From: Eledone cirrhosa
Lineage: Eukaryota
Assembly (NCBI GenBank): GCA_964016885.1
Contig: OZ024740.1
Span: 141,608,001 to 141,672,000 of the forward strand
Reading direction: 5' to 3'
Length of the DNA: 64,000 nt
Shown piece by piece: positions 43,700 through 56,842 of this stretch. Numbering within the stretch: position 1 is the stretch's first letter; each line of letters opens with the position of its first letter. A model generated the notes under the pieces. It was not told where the DNA came from. It saw only the letters and a program-made list of their open reading frames with translations, and did not search any database. The translations under genes and the position numbers were made by a program.

Positions 43700-46600
43700 C
43701 ATTTTTATCTCTATGTTCTCTAATGTACCCCTATGTTCTATTTTGGCATGTTGGTAGAGTACTGATGAGTTTTTCCTATCATGAAGTTCTCGCCAGTCTT
43801 CACTTATCCTTTCTCCTATGCTACGGGCTGTTTCACCTATGTATGTTATGTTCTTATTCCTACACTCTACATCTTATGCTATATACTACGTTCCTAGTTT
43901 TGCAATTAATTTGCGGGCTTAGCTTGCAGACTCTGCATTTCCTATAAATGCAGGGGGTTCTTTGAAATTAGCGTTTTTATGGCAATACCTGGTCTTTCAA
44001 CTATCTTAGTATTTTATTTGAGCTTGTCTAGGGACCTTCTAAATCTGTAAGCTAGTTCGCCTGTAGGGGTTGTATTGACGAACATTACATTCTGGTATTT
44101 ATTGCTATCATACCATGAGTTAATTTTATTTACCTTATTCCTAATCATTTCTATTCTATTCCAAGATTTTCTCCTATACATGGTGCAAGTCCCATTTGCA
44201 TCATTTTCTACAATCTTTGCCCATTTGGTCCTGGCTCCTTTATATACCCTGATCTTGTTTCTCTAATTGTAACGAAAGAACTGCATGCGATCGATGAAGT
44301 GTTGTATGTGTCTCTCTAATTCTTTAGGGTTGCACACGCGAGACACGTTCCTCATTACTCTTACTAAGTCTGCAATCAGTATATTGATTTTAATGTGATC
44401 CAAAACAGCTGAGTTTCGGTGGATCAGGTACTTGGAGGTCATGGGTTTGGCATAATGCGAATGGAGGATTTGCGTTCTTGTGGATGGAGTTAGCTAATTG
44501 CTGGATGCTTTCTATGGTGTTCTCTAATTCTTGACTGTTTTCCTGTGGGGGTGTTTTACTATGACGTTTATGTCATCTAGGGAAGTATATAGTTAGGGTT
44601 ATAAAATTGTCTTCTAATTATTCCTTAAGTTTTTTGTCCCACCATACCATAAAGAGGTTAGCTATGTCATTTGCAATGCTAACGCCAATGGCTGTCCCCT
44701 CCTCTTGTGCATATGTTTTGCCATTGAGCTTAAACTTATGTTCTTAAAGGGTTAGTGTTGTTCTGGCCCCCACCGCTTGTGCGATCATTTTATTTTATTC
44801 ATCATGGTTTTCGGGGGTCCGTATGGCTCTGCTCCACCCGCTCCATCTTTCTGTGTGAGCCTTCTTGGCCATTGAGGTAATGGTATGTAGTCTGCCTCTT
44901 TCTGGTCTTACGGGGCAGTGGCTGCTGAGGTCATGTATCTATAAATAATCATTATTGTGTGTAAGTTTAAGGAGTCGCAGTTCACTGGTATCAAATGGAA
45001 TTCCGCATCGCTCTCGCTGATCATTTCTACGCATTTTCCACAGCAAAATCAACATCGATGGATGGGACATCCATGCTACCTATTGTTCATCCTGTTAGGT
45101 CCCTAGACAGGTTTCATTTTCCGATTCTGCTGAAGAGTTCCTCCGTGCTATCTCATATATCTGGGGTCATTTGGATGACAGGGGGTATGATCAGGGAGAG
45201 GAAGTAGGAGAGTCTGTAGTTGCTAGCAATGTTAGCTCCACAGACTGGCCGTGTTGGCGGTCCTGTGACTGGGTCACTATTTGCCTTGTGGTCTTTGCGA
45301 AGAATATACAGCGTTGATACGTCGTTGTTCCAGGCCTGGAATTTGTTGGCAGTCCGTTTATTATGCTACATTATGTAGTCCACATCATCATATGAGCGTT
45401 GAGGGTTTTTTCCCTTTCCTCATGCTGTAGTGGTGTTATCTCTCATGTGTTGATGATGTGGGGTTGCATTGCCTGGATGTAGTTTGGCAGGCTGTCAACT
45501 GACATTCTGCCAGAGTTGTCTGTTGGAAAGCATACGATCTCTTCATTTCGTGAGCGCTGCATGAGCTTACGTAAGCCATTTGCGGATTTTCTCCCAGTTT
45601 CTGGGCCTTTATTCTATTCTTTTTCCTGCTATGCTGTTCAAGAATCTTTTAAAGTTTACTTCTGGCTATTGTAAATTGTGCCTCCGTTTGGTCACCAGCT
45701 TGTGACGGTAAACACGATCGTTTGTTTAACGAAAGCGTCGTAGGGTAAATGCGTCGCATGTCGAAGGACTTATCAGATGGGTCGTAAAAGGTGGAATTCC
45801 AGGGTGTATTGTTTACTATGTTGTTGTTATCAATTGTGTTGTCTCTACTTCCACCAACAGCTTCATGGTTACTTCTATGTCTCTCATTGTTTCTCCTATC
45901 CCTTCGTTCTGTGTCACTGTTATTTTCTAATCTATTTTGTGTGTCTGTGTGTTCGTCCTGTTTATCTCCTCTGTATTTGTCATTTTTCTCTCTATCTCTC
46001 TCATTGTGATTACTTTCCCTTCCCTCTGTGTCACTCACTTTCTAACCTGTTTTCTGTTTCTGTGTTTGTTGTTGTTGGGATGTGCATTGTGGTGGGAAGC
46101 ATAGTATATGTTGTTGTGTGTGTATGTGTGTTGTTGTTGTTGTTGTTGTTGTGTGTTGTTATTGTTGTCGTTGTTGTTGTTGTTGTTGTCGTTGTTGTGT
46201 GTGTGCTGTTGTTATCGTTGTTCGTGTTGTTGATGTTATTTTCGTTGCTGTTTTTTAGTCTCCATCTTATTTTTGTAAATGTTTTTCTATCTCAGATAAA
46301 CATTCTATCATATTTACCTTACTATATGTGGCATATTTAGGTAGTAACTGTAGGATGAACAGTTCCTCAGGATCACCGGTAGTACTGCCGTATATATTTC
46401 CGTTGTTGAACTCGTCGGTTAATGGGACGTCCGCCATGTTTATTCCATCGATCTTATCTGGGTATTTCTTTCTATTTTCTGAAGTTTCTTGTTTTAGTTT
46501 CATCTGTTTGAGCCACGTTAATTTCTTGCTAAAATGTTTGTTACATTTCAGGATGATTTATTTTTCGTCTTCATGTATAATGTTTATCTATTCTGATTTT

Positions 46601-46790
46601 TCTCTTGGTGTAGTGATCTTACTTATTTCTTGTATTAGGTTACGCTTCCGTTTTTCTTGGTTTAATTCTATGTAAATTTTCTTGTTTATGTTTAGAATCA
46701 GTGTTCGTTTGGGTCTATCAGCTTGTCTTTTGGTTAGTTGGAGTCTTCTTACATTGGTGTTGATGGTATAGGTGTAAACTGTGGATGAGG
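43700..46790 (-). pseudogene. PLE RT plus GIY-YIG pseudogene
   Basis: PTDNSG, LYILRKDHK..PPTRPVCG, IGSMDV, YAQEEGTAIGVSIANDIANLFMVWWD, LDDINV, HYAKPMTS, NVVYSIRC..YIGETARSIGER. Confidence 0.85.
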
Positions 46791-47201
46791 CACATTATTT
46801 TATGAAGTGGAGTTGTGGAGTTGCTATTGTTTTCTTTAGACAACAGAATATGGTGGTTTTCAGTATCTTGCTAGCCTGGCTAAGGCTTACGATACTTCGT
46901 TTTTGAATTTGTTTTGCAAGATTTCTTATCTGAAAACGTGTGTTGAAACATATATTGTTATACTTTGGGAGGACAAAATCAAGACATACAGACACACACA
47001 AAAACCCAGCTAACAAAACAAATCAGACACACACAGATAGAAAAAAACAACAAACTAGTGACTAGTAAATAAACAAACACATAAATAAAACACACATACA
47101 CCCGGATGTAACACATGCGCAACACACAACACACAAAACACAACACACAAAAACAAAATGGTGTAAGAGAGAACAAAGTAGAGACACAACATGAAAACCT
47201 A

Positions 47202-47244
47202 GTCACTGAGGAAGTCACATGATGTGTGACGAAAGAGCTTTGAC
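47202..47244 (+). ncRNA. Hammerhead motif in the inverted pseudo-LTR
   Basis: guca-CUGAGGA-A-GUCACA(ugaug)UGUGAC-GAAA-GAGC-UU-ugac. Confidence 0.72.
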
Positions 47245-47422
47245 AATATATAAACAACCATCCGGTTATGGAACCATCAAACTAACCGAAAATTTATAAT
47301 AGGTTGAAGGGAAACTGGTGCTTGTGTTTTTATTGGCAGCATGACCCTCCCAAAGTATAACAATATCTGTTTCAACACACATTTTCAGATAAGAAATCTT
47401 GCAAAAGAAATTCAAAAACGAA

Positions 47423-47466
<44 letters not shown>

Positions 47467-47923
47467 TCTTGGATGGCCAGATATGAAAATTCCAGATATT
47501 TAGGTATGACTATCTCTATTTATTCTTTATATGAAATATTGCTTGCTTTTTCCTGTATCTCATGTCTGATATTTTTGTCTGATAAAATACCTATATGTGT
47601 GTATAGATGGTGCGTACATATATTTATTATTATTTTTTTAATATCTCTATGTGTGTATTGATGGTACATACATATATTTATTTTTTTTTATATCCAATTG
47701 AGTTCTTAAACACGTGGTTAAAATACCTAACAGGCTTCAATGACCAGCGTGTATGTTATTTTATATTTTACGATGACCTGCCCTTTCCCTTTTTGGGACA
47801 GTGTGAATTTTCTTTTTGAAGGAGTACTGGCTTTTCAAATTTAGCTGTCCTTCTAGCACTGACGGAGACCATCACTAATTTATTAATATCGATGTAGTTT
47901 TTTATATCGATATTGAATGGGCA

Positions 47924-48046
47924 TCCACTGATGAATTATAAGGGCCCGCTTGTCTGTATATCTATGGATTGTATACAAGTTTCTACATAACCTGGACATT
48001 ATTTATCCCAAATTGTAGAAATCTTATAACGAAACGATCGTATGGA
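47924..48046 (+). ncRNA. Hammerhead motif with ~80-nt stem II insertion
   Basis: ucca-CUGAUGA-a-UUAUAAG..CUUAUAA-c-GAAA-CGAUCG-UA-ugga; palindromic ACGAUCGU. Confidence 0.65.
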
Positions 48047-48251
48047 AGGAAAGAGAGATTTATTTAATTATGTCTCATATAAAATAATACAACCAGCTAT
48101 CCACGGAATACAATACATATATATATATATGAATTCAAATTCTTTCTGCCAGGTTCAACTATGTATTTCATCGGCCAAGGTCGTTAAAATATATACCACA
48201 CATTTACTCGTCAAGCCACCCAACTAACCTCTGTTCCAGTGCACATGTGAA

Positions 48252-51200
48252 TCACCACCACCACCATCATCATCATCATGATCATGATCATCCTCATCAT
48301 CATCGCCGTCGTCATTGTCATCTCCGTCGCCGTCATCACAATTATCTTGTTCCTCATCATCAGCACTTCTATCATTTCCAGCATCCTCTTTCTCATCGTT
48401 AACAAAACCAACAAAACCACCACCATCACCACCACCACCACCATCACACTGCTGTCGGTACTACTAACACCACCGTCACCATCACTAACACTACCACCAA
48501 CACCAACAACAACACTATCATGACAACGAGACCACCACTATCACCACCACCACCATCACCACCACCACCACCACCACCGCAGCTATCGTCATTACTAACA
48601 CCACCGTCACCTTCACTAACACCACCACCACCACCACCACCACCACCACCGTCACCTTCACTAACACCACCACCACCACCACCACCACCGTCACCATCAC
48701 TAACACCACCACCACCACCACCACCACCACCACCATCACAGCTTTCGTCATTACTAACACCACCGTCACTATCACTAACACCACCACCACCACCACCACC
48801 ACCACCACCACCACCACCACCACCGTCACCATCACTAACACCACCACCACCACCACCACCACCACCACCATCACAGCTTTCGTCATTATTAACACCACCG
48901 TCACCATCACTAACACCACTACCACCACCACCACCACCACCACCACCACCACCACCACCGTCACCATCACTAACACCACCACCACCACCACCACCACCAT
49001 CACCACCACCACCACAGCTATCGTCATCACTAACACCACCGTCACCATCACTAACACTACCACCACCACCACCACCACCACCACCACAGCTATCGTCATT
49101 ACTAACACCACCGTCACCATCACTAACACCACCACCACCACCACCACCACTACCACCATCACCACCACCACCATCACCACCACCACCACAGCTATCGTCA
49201 TTACTAACACCACCGTCACCATCACTAACACCACCACCACCACCACCACCACTACCACCACCACCACCACCACCATCACCACCACCACCACAGCTATCGT
49301 CATTACTAACACCGCCGTCACCATCACTAACACTACCACCACCACCACCACCACCACCACAGCTATCGTCATTACTAACACCGCCGTCACCATCACTAAC
49401 ACCACCACCACCACCACCACTACCACCATCACCACCACCACCATCACCACCACCACCACCACCACCACAGCTATCGTCATTACTAACACCGCCGTCACCA
49501 TCACTAACACCACCACCACCACCACCACCACTACCACCACCACCACCACCACCATCACCACCACCACCACAGCTATCGTCATTACTAACACCGCCGTCAC
49601 CATCACTAACACTACCACCACCACCACCACCACCACCACCACAGCTATCGTCATTACTAACACCACCGTCACCATCACTAACACCACCACCACCACCACC
49701 ACCACTACCACCACCACCACCACCACCATCACCACCACCACCACAGCTATCGTCATTACTAACACCGCCGTCACCATCACTAACACTACCACCACCACCA
49801 CCACCACCACCACAGCTATCGTCATTACTAACACCGCCGTCACCATCACTAACACTACCACCACCACCACCACTACCACCATCACCACCACCACCATTAC
49901 CACCACCACCACCACCACCACAGCTATCGTCATTACTAACACCGCCGTCACCATCACTAACACCACCACCACCACCACCACCACCACCACCACCATCACC
50001 ACCATCACTAACACCACCGCCACCACCACCACCACCACCATCACTAACACCACCACCACCATCACCACCACCACCATCACCACCACCACCACAGCTATCG
50101 TCATTACTAACACCGCCGTCACCATCACTAACACCACCACCACCACCACCACCATCACTAACACCACCACCACCACCACCACCACCACCACCATCACCAC
50201 CACCACCACCACCATCACCACCACCACCACAGCTATCGTCATTACTAACACCGCCGTCACCATCACTAACACCACCACCACCACCACAACCACCACCACC
50301 GCCACCACCACCACCACCACTATCACTAACACCACCACCACCATCACCACCACCACCACAGCTATCGTCATTACTAACACCGCCGTCACCATCACTAACA
50401 CCACCACCACCACCACAACCACCACCACCGCCACCACCACCACCACCACCACCACCATCACCACCACCACCACAACAGCTATCGTCATTACTAACACCAC
50501 CGTCACCATCACTAACACCACCACCATCAGCACCACCACCGTCACCATCATTAACACCACCACCACCACCACCACCACCACCACCACCACCACCACTACC
50601 ATCACCACCACCACCATCACCATCACCACCACCACCACCACCACCACCACCACCACTACCACCATCACCACCACCACCGTCACCACCACCACCACCACCA
50701 CCACCACCACCACCACCACCACCACCGTCACCACCACCACCACCACCACCACCATCACCACCACCACCACCGTCACCACCATCACCACCACCAACACCAC
50801 CACCACCACCACCACCACCACCACCACCACCACCACCACCACCACCGTCACCACCACCACCACCACCACCACCACCACCACCACCACCACCGTCACCACC
50901 ACCACCACCACCACCACCATCACCACCACCACCACCGTCACCACCATCACCACCACCACCACCACCACCACCACCACCACCACCACCACCACCACCACCA
51001 CCACCACCACCACCACCACCGTCACCACCACCACCACCACCACCACCACCACCACCACCACCACCACCACCACCACCACCACCGTCACCACCACCACCAC
51101 CACCACCACCACCACCACCACCATCACCTCCACCACCCCACCACAGCTATCGTCATTACTAACACCACCGACACCATCACTAACACTACCACCATCACCA

Positions 51201-51308
51201 CCACCACCATCACTAACACTACCACCATCACCACCACCACCATCACTAACACTACCACCATCACCACCACCACCACCACCACCACCACCACCACCACCAT
51301 CACTACCA
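48252..51308. repeat. 3-kb (CAC)n-derived compound minisatellite
   Basis: Unit cagctatcgtcattactaacacc(a/g)ccgtcaccatcactaaca plus variable (cca)n, roughly 20-25 copies. Confidence 0.95.
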
Positions 51309-52013
51309 TGTGTGTATGTGTGTATGAGGAGTTTTTATTTTACATGACATATCGGATTATTCTAATCAATGTTAGGTATTGGCTATGTTCCTACATGTGG
51401 TTAATGTATTTTAGTGTAGTCTTCTGTGTATCTTTATATTGTATGTTTATGTTGTGTATGTTAATATTGCATGTGTATGTGCATGCGCGCGTGTGTGTGT
51501 GTGTGTGCGTGACTGTATGTAATAATGTGTGTATGTGAGAGCGTTTATGTCTGTGTATGGTTAAACTGTGTGTGTGAGTGTATGTATGTCTGAGTATGCT
51601 CAGGCTGCGTGTGTGATAATAGAGTATTTGTATTTGTGTATGGTGGGATGATAGAGTGTGTGGACGAGTCTATGTGTGTCTGATGATAGTGTGTGTGTTT
51701 ATGTGTGTAGCGAGTGTGATATAGTGAGTATACGTGTATGTGTGAGTGCATATGTGTCTCTGTATGGTACGACTGCGCCTGTGTGTGTGAGTGTATGTGT
51801 GATGATTTGTGTCTATGTGTGAGTGTGACAATAGTGTGAACCAATGTGTGTACGTATGTGTGTTTATGTGCGATGAGATTGGGCGTGAGGATAATGTATA
51901 TAGTGAGACTGTGTATGTGTGATTATAAGTGTGTGTGTGTGTGTCTCCATTCAGGTCTCTAAGTCCTTATGTCTGTCTGTCTGCCTGTATGTATGTATGT
52001 GTATATGTATGTA

Positions 52014-52044
<31 letters not shown>

Positions 52045-52126
52045 GTTCTCTCTTTCTCTTAATTTCGAGTATATTTTTTTGACCGGCCACCTTCCTGGTG
52101 GCAAGGTTGTAAAAGAAAAGAAATTG

Positions 52127-52873
52127 TCATCCCTTGAATCGCAAGAATGTTTTGCAAATTTTGAAGGTGCCAGCTATCGCAGCCATTTGTAGACTATGAA
52201 TTAGGGAGCTGCGCTCTTTGTCCGCAAATCCAAGTTTAGTTATACATCGATCCAAGCGGGTTGGTATATAACCCGTAGCACCAATAATGATGGGTATGAA
52301 GCTAAAGGTGTATCTTGGATACTGGATTTGTAATCTCCTCATCAATGGTCCGTAGATGTCCTCCTTCTGCTGTATTTTTCTGACAACGTTTACATCAAGT
52401 GGGCAGCTGATCTCCACAACAGAACACGTTTTCAATGTGTGGTCCCAAACAACAATATCAGGCCGGTTGTGCTTTAATTTGGTGGCAGTTTTTATTTTCA
52501 GGTTCCACCAGTATTCCTTAGTGCAATCTGTCTCAATATATTCTTCCTCGTTTGTTTTTAATTTTGTTTTCCGAAGTGCGTTCCAGATGGTTCTAGCTAT
52601 CCCATCGTGTCTCATGGGGAGGTAGTAGCGAGATGACATTCTTTCGCAGCTGGCAACAATGTGGCTTACATCTTCGATCTTTGTTTTACATAGCCTGCAT
52701 TTATTGTCAGCTGCTGGCCCTCCTCTTTTGTGCAGCAGATATTTGGTAGGGAGTTCTTGTTCCTGTATTGCATAGAGATATCCCTCAAGGTGTGATGTCA
52801 TAAACTTGTCGGAACTCCATGCCAGGCTTTTTGAGTGGTTTATCCCCTCTATGGTCTGTGTTTTACGTCTCAA
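52127..52873 (-). pseudogene. Zinc knuckle plus RLE domain
   Basis: CRLCKTKIEDVSHIVASC, RHD, NRPDIVVWD, VEISCP, K..Y. Confidence 0.93.
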
Positions 52874-53133
52874 GTATCAATGCACAACTTTTTCTGTAAA
52901 TTAGTCAATGTTTACATCTTGTTTGAACATTGAATAGGATCTTCCGATTTCTCGGGGTGAGAGATTTAGATCAGGCTTTATTCCTTATCTCTCCTCCAAA
53001 TCAGTGGCTATCCTAATGATATTTTTTTCTTCATGCTCATAAACCTGGGCAAGATGGTTGCCAACCTTTTTCCTCTGTTGAAGATGTTGCTTCAGTGTTA
53101 CTATCCGAGTCTTATGTGCTGTTAATATGGATT

Positions 53134-54386
53134 TTAGACCCCGGCCATCTTCCTTGCGTGAGAAGTATAGCCTATCCACATCACCATTGATGTTAAAGTT
53201 CCCAGTAACACTGAGATTTTGCGAGTTCTAACATCCATCTCACTTAGTTCTTGCAATGACCAGTTCAGCAGGCCAAATGTTGGCGTTAGAATTGGCACAG
53301 CATAAGTATTGTGGGCAATGTACTTGTTGTACGCTGACAGTTCTGATGACCAGATTTTCTTTACTCTTCTGAGGTATTCTGTTCTGGTTCTCTCCTTATT
53401 TATGGGTCCATCATATCTGACATGATATCTGACATTTATGGGTCCATCATCCTGTCCATGATATCTGCAGTTGTCACCTGACTGTAGAGGTTGTATTGTC
53501 AGGCCGTTCATCTCTATATTTCTAGAGGAGGGCACAGCTCTTCCACGTTTTACTGCCAAATATGCACACTTGGACTCACCAAATTTCATTTTGATGTCTG
53601 TTGAAAATTCTGTAATGAGGTCCAATTGTTTCTTGATGTCATTGATATTTGGCCCATACAACTTCAGGTCATCAACAAAGAAAAGATGGGAGATACTTCT
53701 GGACCCACTTCTTTCTCCACCTTGTTTCCTGAGTAGGTAAGATAGTGGATTTAGTGAGAGAACGAAGAGTAGCACTGACAAGCTATCACCCTGAAAGATG
53801 CCCTTCTGGTAATGTATCTTATCAGTCTTAACTTGCTCCTTCTCACCTCTAAGGATCAGATTGGTGTACCAGTTCTTGGTCAGGCGTTCAACAGCAGCTA
53901 CCAATGGTTGTGGGACTTTAGCTAACTGTAAAGCCTTAACAATCCACCCATGAGGTACACTATCAAATGCTTTTTGATAGTCCAGCCACACCACAGTCAT
54001 GTTTCTGCAATTCTTTGTTGTTTTTTCTTGAATCATTTTATTAGTTAGTAGGTGATCTATGCGACCCCACAACTCCCTCTGTCCACCAACTTGCTCAGGT
54101 GTTATACTGTTGTTGGTAGCACAGTGATCCTGTAAGAACAGGTTAAGGCACCCAGAATATAATTTATACATGATGTCTTGACAGGCTATTGGGCGGTAAT
54201 TTTTAGCAAGGGTGGTTTGGCTATTTTTGGGAATGAGGAGAGTAGTGGCAGTTGATAACCATCTGGACAGTTCTTGTGTGCCTTTAATGGTTTCTGTAAA
54301 CATCCGTATGAGATCCTGCCGAAAGTGAAATTCTTCAACCAGTATCCTGTTATGAGGTATGGGCCTGGTGATTTCCTATTCAACAT
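53134..54386 (-). pseudogene. Non-LTR reverse transcriptase
   Basis: KSPG, NYRPIAC, WLDYQKAFDSVPH, GIFQGDSLS, HLFFVDDLKLY, FGESKC; frameshifted. Confidence 0.95.
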
Positions 54387-56215
54387 TTTCTGTAGAACTG
54401 TTTCCAGTATTGACCCATCTATGTCATATTGTTTTGTCTGGACATGCTGGAAGTAGTCCTGTTCCAGTTCTTGTAGACATTTAGTTTGTCTGTTGAATCC
54501 GTCATCCGTTTTCCATACAGATCTCCAGTAGCTCTCAACCTATTCTTTTGAAGGGGTGTCATTTACAGAGATTGAGCCTTTGCCACCGAAGCTGCGATAA
54601 ACTGATTTAGGATCTCTGGCAAACAATCTATTTAGCACTTGTCGTTTATGTGCTGTTGACTTATATTTTAGTCTTTCTCTTGCAGCTGTGAGTTGTTGTT
54701 TCAACTGGTGTAATTTGGAGTTTAAAGTTTAAAATTTTGTATCTCCAAATCGCCTCTCTAATTTTTTTTTACGTCTTCCTGGTGTCGTGTGAAGTTACTC
54801 TCTAAGTTGCAATTCATAATGACTGCGATGTGTGAGATACTTCGTCTCAGGGACAAAATTTTGCTTTTTAAATTTCGCATCCACGTTGGTTCAGGGTTTT
54901 GTGTTTGTATCTTGATTGCGTGGTTTTAGATATTTTTTATATGATAGCAATGTGACAGCTGAAACATATAACAAAATGTTAAGCATTTCAAATGTCGTTT
55001 CTACACCTTTAGATCATATAGCCTTCAGATAATTGTCAGCTATTTCGTTCACCGTTTCCAATTCTAATTTAGTGGATTCTTTACTGATTCTGGTGTTGTA
55101 TGGTCTGTCACTCACATTAAGGCTGTGTATCTCTTGAACCATATCATCCCATATCACTTGTAAGGTGTCCACAAGTGTTTGGTGTTCTGTTGGTACAGTA
55201 GAGTTATGAATTTCAGCCTCGTTGTTGATGTGGTGACAATTACTACTAGAGTTAGCTGACTATTCTCGCTGTTCTTCGGTGGAAGTGGGATGGATTTCAG
55301 CAAAATTGTTGGTGAGCTGTTCACTGTTTGATTTAGCTGGCCATTCTCTTTGTCTGTCAGTGGAGGTGAGGTGGTTGTCTACAAGGGCTGTATTTGTAGT
55401 ATCACTCAATTCCGTTAGATGTATCAATTTACATCTAATGATACGTTTTGCCTGTTCATTTAAATGCTTTGGAGAAAAGTTTAATTCTGGGTGTTTGGAG
55501 TTCCATAACGTTTTTAAACTTTGCATAAAACCGAACTTTTGGGGTTCAGATTGTTTGTATGCTTCATATAATTCTTTGTTAAGCTCGTAGCTCCACTGTA
55601 TACAACGAGTGTAGTTGCGATACGTTTTGCCATGATAAGTTCGTCTATTCACTAATATTTTGTATTTATTTTTCAAAATAGTCGATGATCTTCTTTAAAA
55701 GTTTCGACAAAGTTCTGTCAGAATCAAATTTAAAGTTATTCACAGCTTGGGTAATATTTCTTTTCAGTTAGTTTTTAATTCTACAACTGTGTTTTAAACG
55801 TTGTTTTTGAATTGTTTGAATTGAGAACAACCCCCCAACCCTCCCCCGTTACTTAGTATATTTCTTTATGAATGTAATATAATACAACAACGCTGTATTT
55901 ATATGTTAAAGTGTATGTATCGTTCATATATCATCAGTGTATGTATCGTTCATATATCATAAGTGTATGTATCGTTCATATAAATAGGTGTTTTACAACA
56001 CATTTACAGTTCAAACACTTATGTAGAATTATTATATGTAATCTTACCGCGTAATGTAGCTCAACTTTTTCCAATATATGGTATGTTGCCTTCATGTAAG
56101 CAGTAATTACACACGTCCGATTATCGGACACTGACCATGTGTGTATGTATATATGTATGTGCAAACTGAGAGCCGAATGTAAACACACGTAAACGTGCGC
56201 GCACGCACACACTCT

Positions 56216-56321
<106 letters not shown>

Positions 56322-56330
56322 CACACACAC

Positions 56331-56362
<32 letters not shown>

Positions 56363-56407
56363 CAGAGAAATCGTATTTCGCTTCAAGCATAGCTTTATAC
56401 AAATATG

Positions 56408-56736
56408 TATAGAAATTTCATATTTCTAAAGAAACAGTTTTAGGAAGCCGTAGCTATGCAAACACCGGAGCGAACGCCCTCTGGTGGTGTCCATCAGATG
56501 CAAGAGGAACAACCGTCTATGCATTTCAGGCTTGACTGGCCTTCCTCAGAACGGTCCCTCCCACCGCTTGCGACTGCTGGACTTGGGACCGTCCTGACGA
56601 AGGCCAGTCAGGCCTGAAATGCATAGACGGTTGTCCCCCTTGCTTCTGCAGGACACCACCAGAGGGCGTTAGCCCCGGTGTTTGCATAGCTATGACTTCC
56701 TAAAATCGTGTTTCTTTAGAAATACGAAATTTCTAC
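56408..56736. mobile_element. Fold-back mini-element with two divergent HHRs
   Basis: Arms 56408-56558 / 56585-56736; HHRs at 56512-56555 (-) and 56588-56631 (+). Confidence 0.88.
56588..56631 (+). ncRNA. Minimal type I hammerhead ribozyme
   Basis: accguc-CUGACGA-AGGCC(aguca)GGCCU-GAAA-UGCA-UA-gacggu; palindromic AUGCAU. Confidence 0.9.
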
Positions 56737-56752
56737 ACACACACACACACAT

Positions 56753-56842
<90 letters not shown>

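Larger units (their letters stand above)
42181..47425 (-). mobile_element. Near-full-length decayed Penelope-like element (third lineage, C-terminal GIY-YIG) with inverted pseudo-LTR
   Basis: 3' pLTR 43700->42181 (split by a Helitron); inverted copy 46980-47425; short direct remnant 46897-46975; ORF remnants in between. Confidence 0.85.
52040..55830 (-). mobile_element. R4/Dong-type non-LTR retrotransposon with restriction-like endonuclease, decayed
   Basis: N-terminal WSYELNKEL..Y..SEP..GF...LW domain (55260-55676), RT (53134-54386), CCHC + RHD + PDIVV..EISCP (52127-52873); 3' UTR hairpin gccacc/ggtggc at 52086-52102. Confidence 0.9.

Noticed and set aside
48518-51162. 872-aa poly-Val and 880-aa extensin-like Pro-rich ORFs
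   Set aside because: Triplet-based tandem repeat is open on both strands by construction; no unique domain, signal peptide or splice evidence
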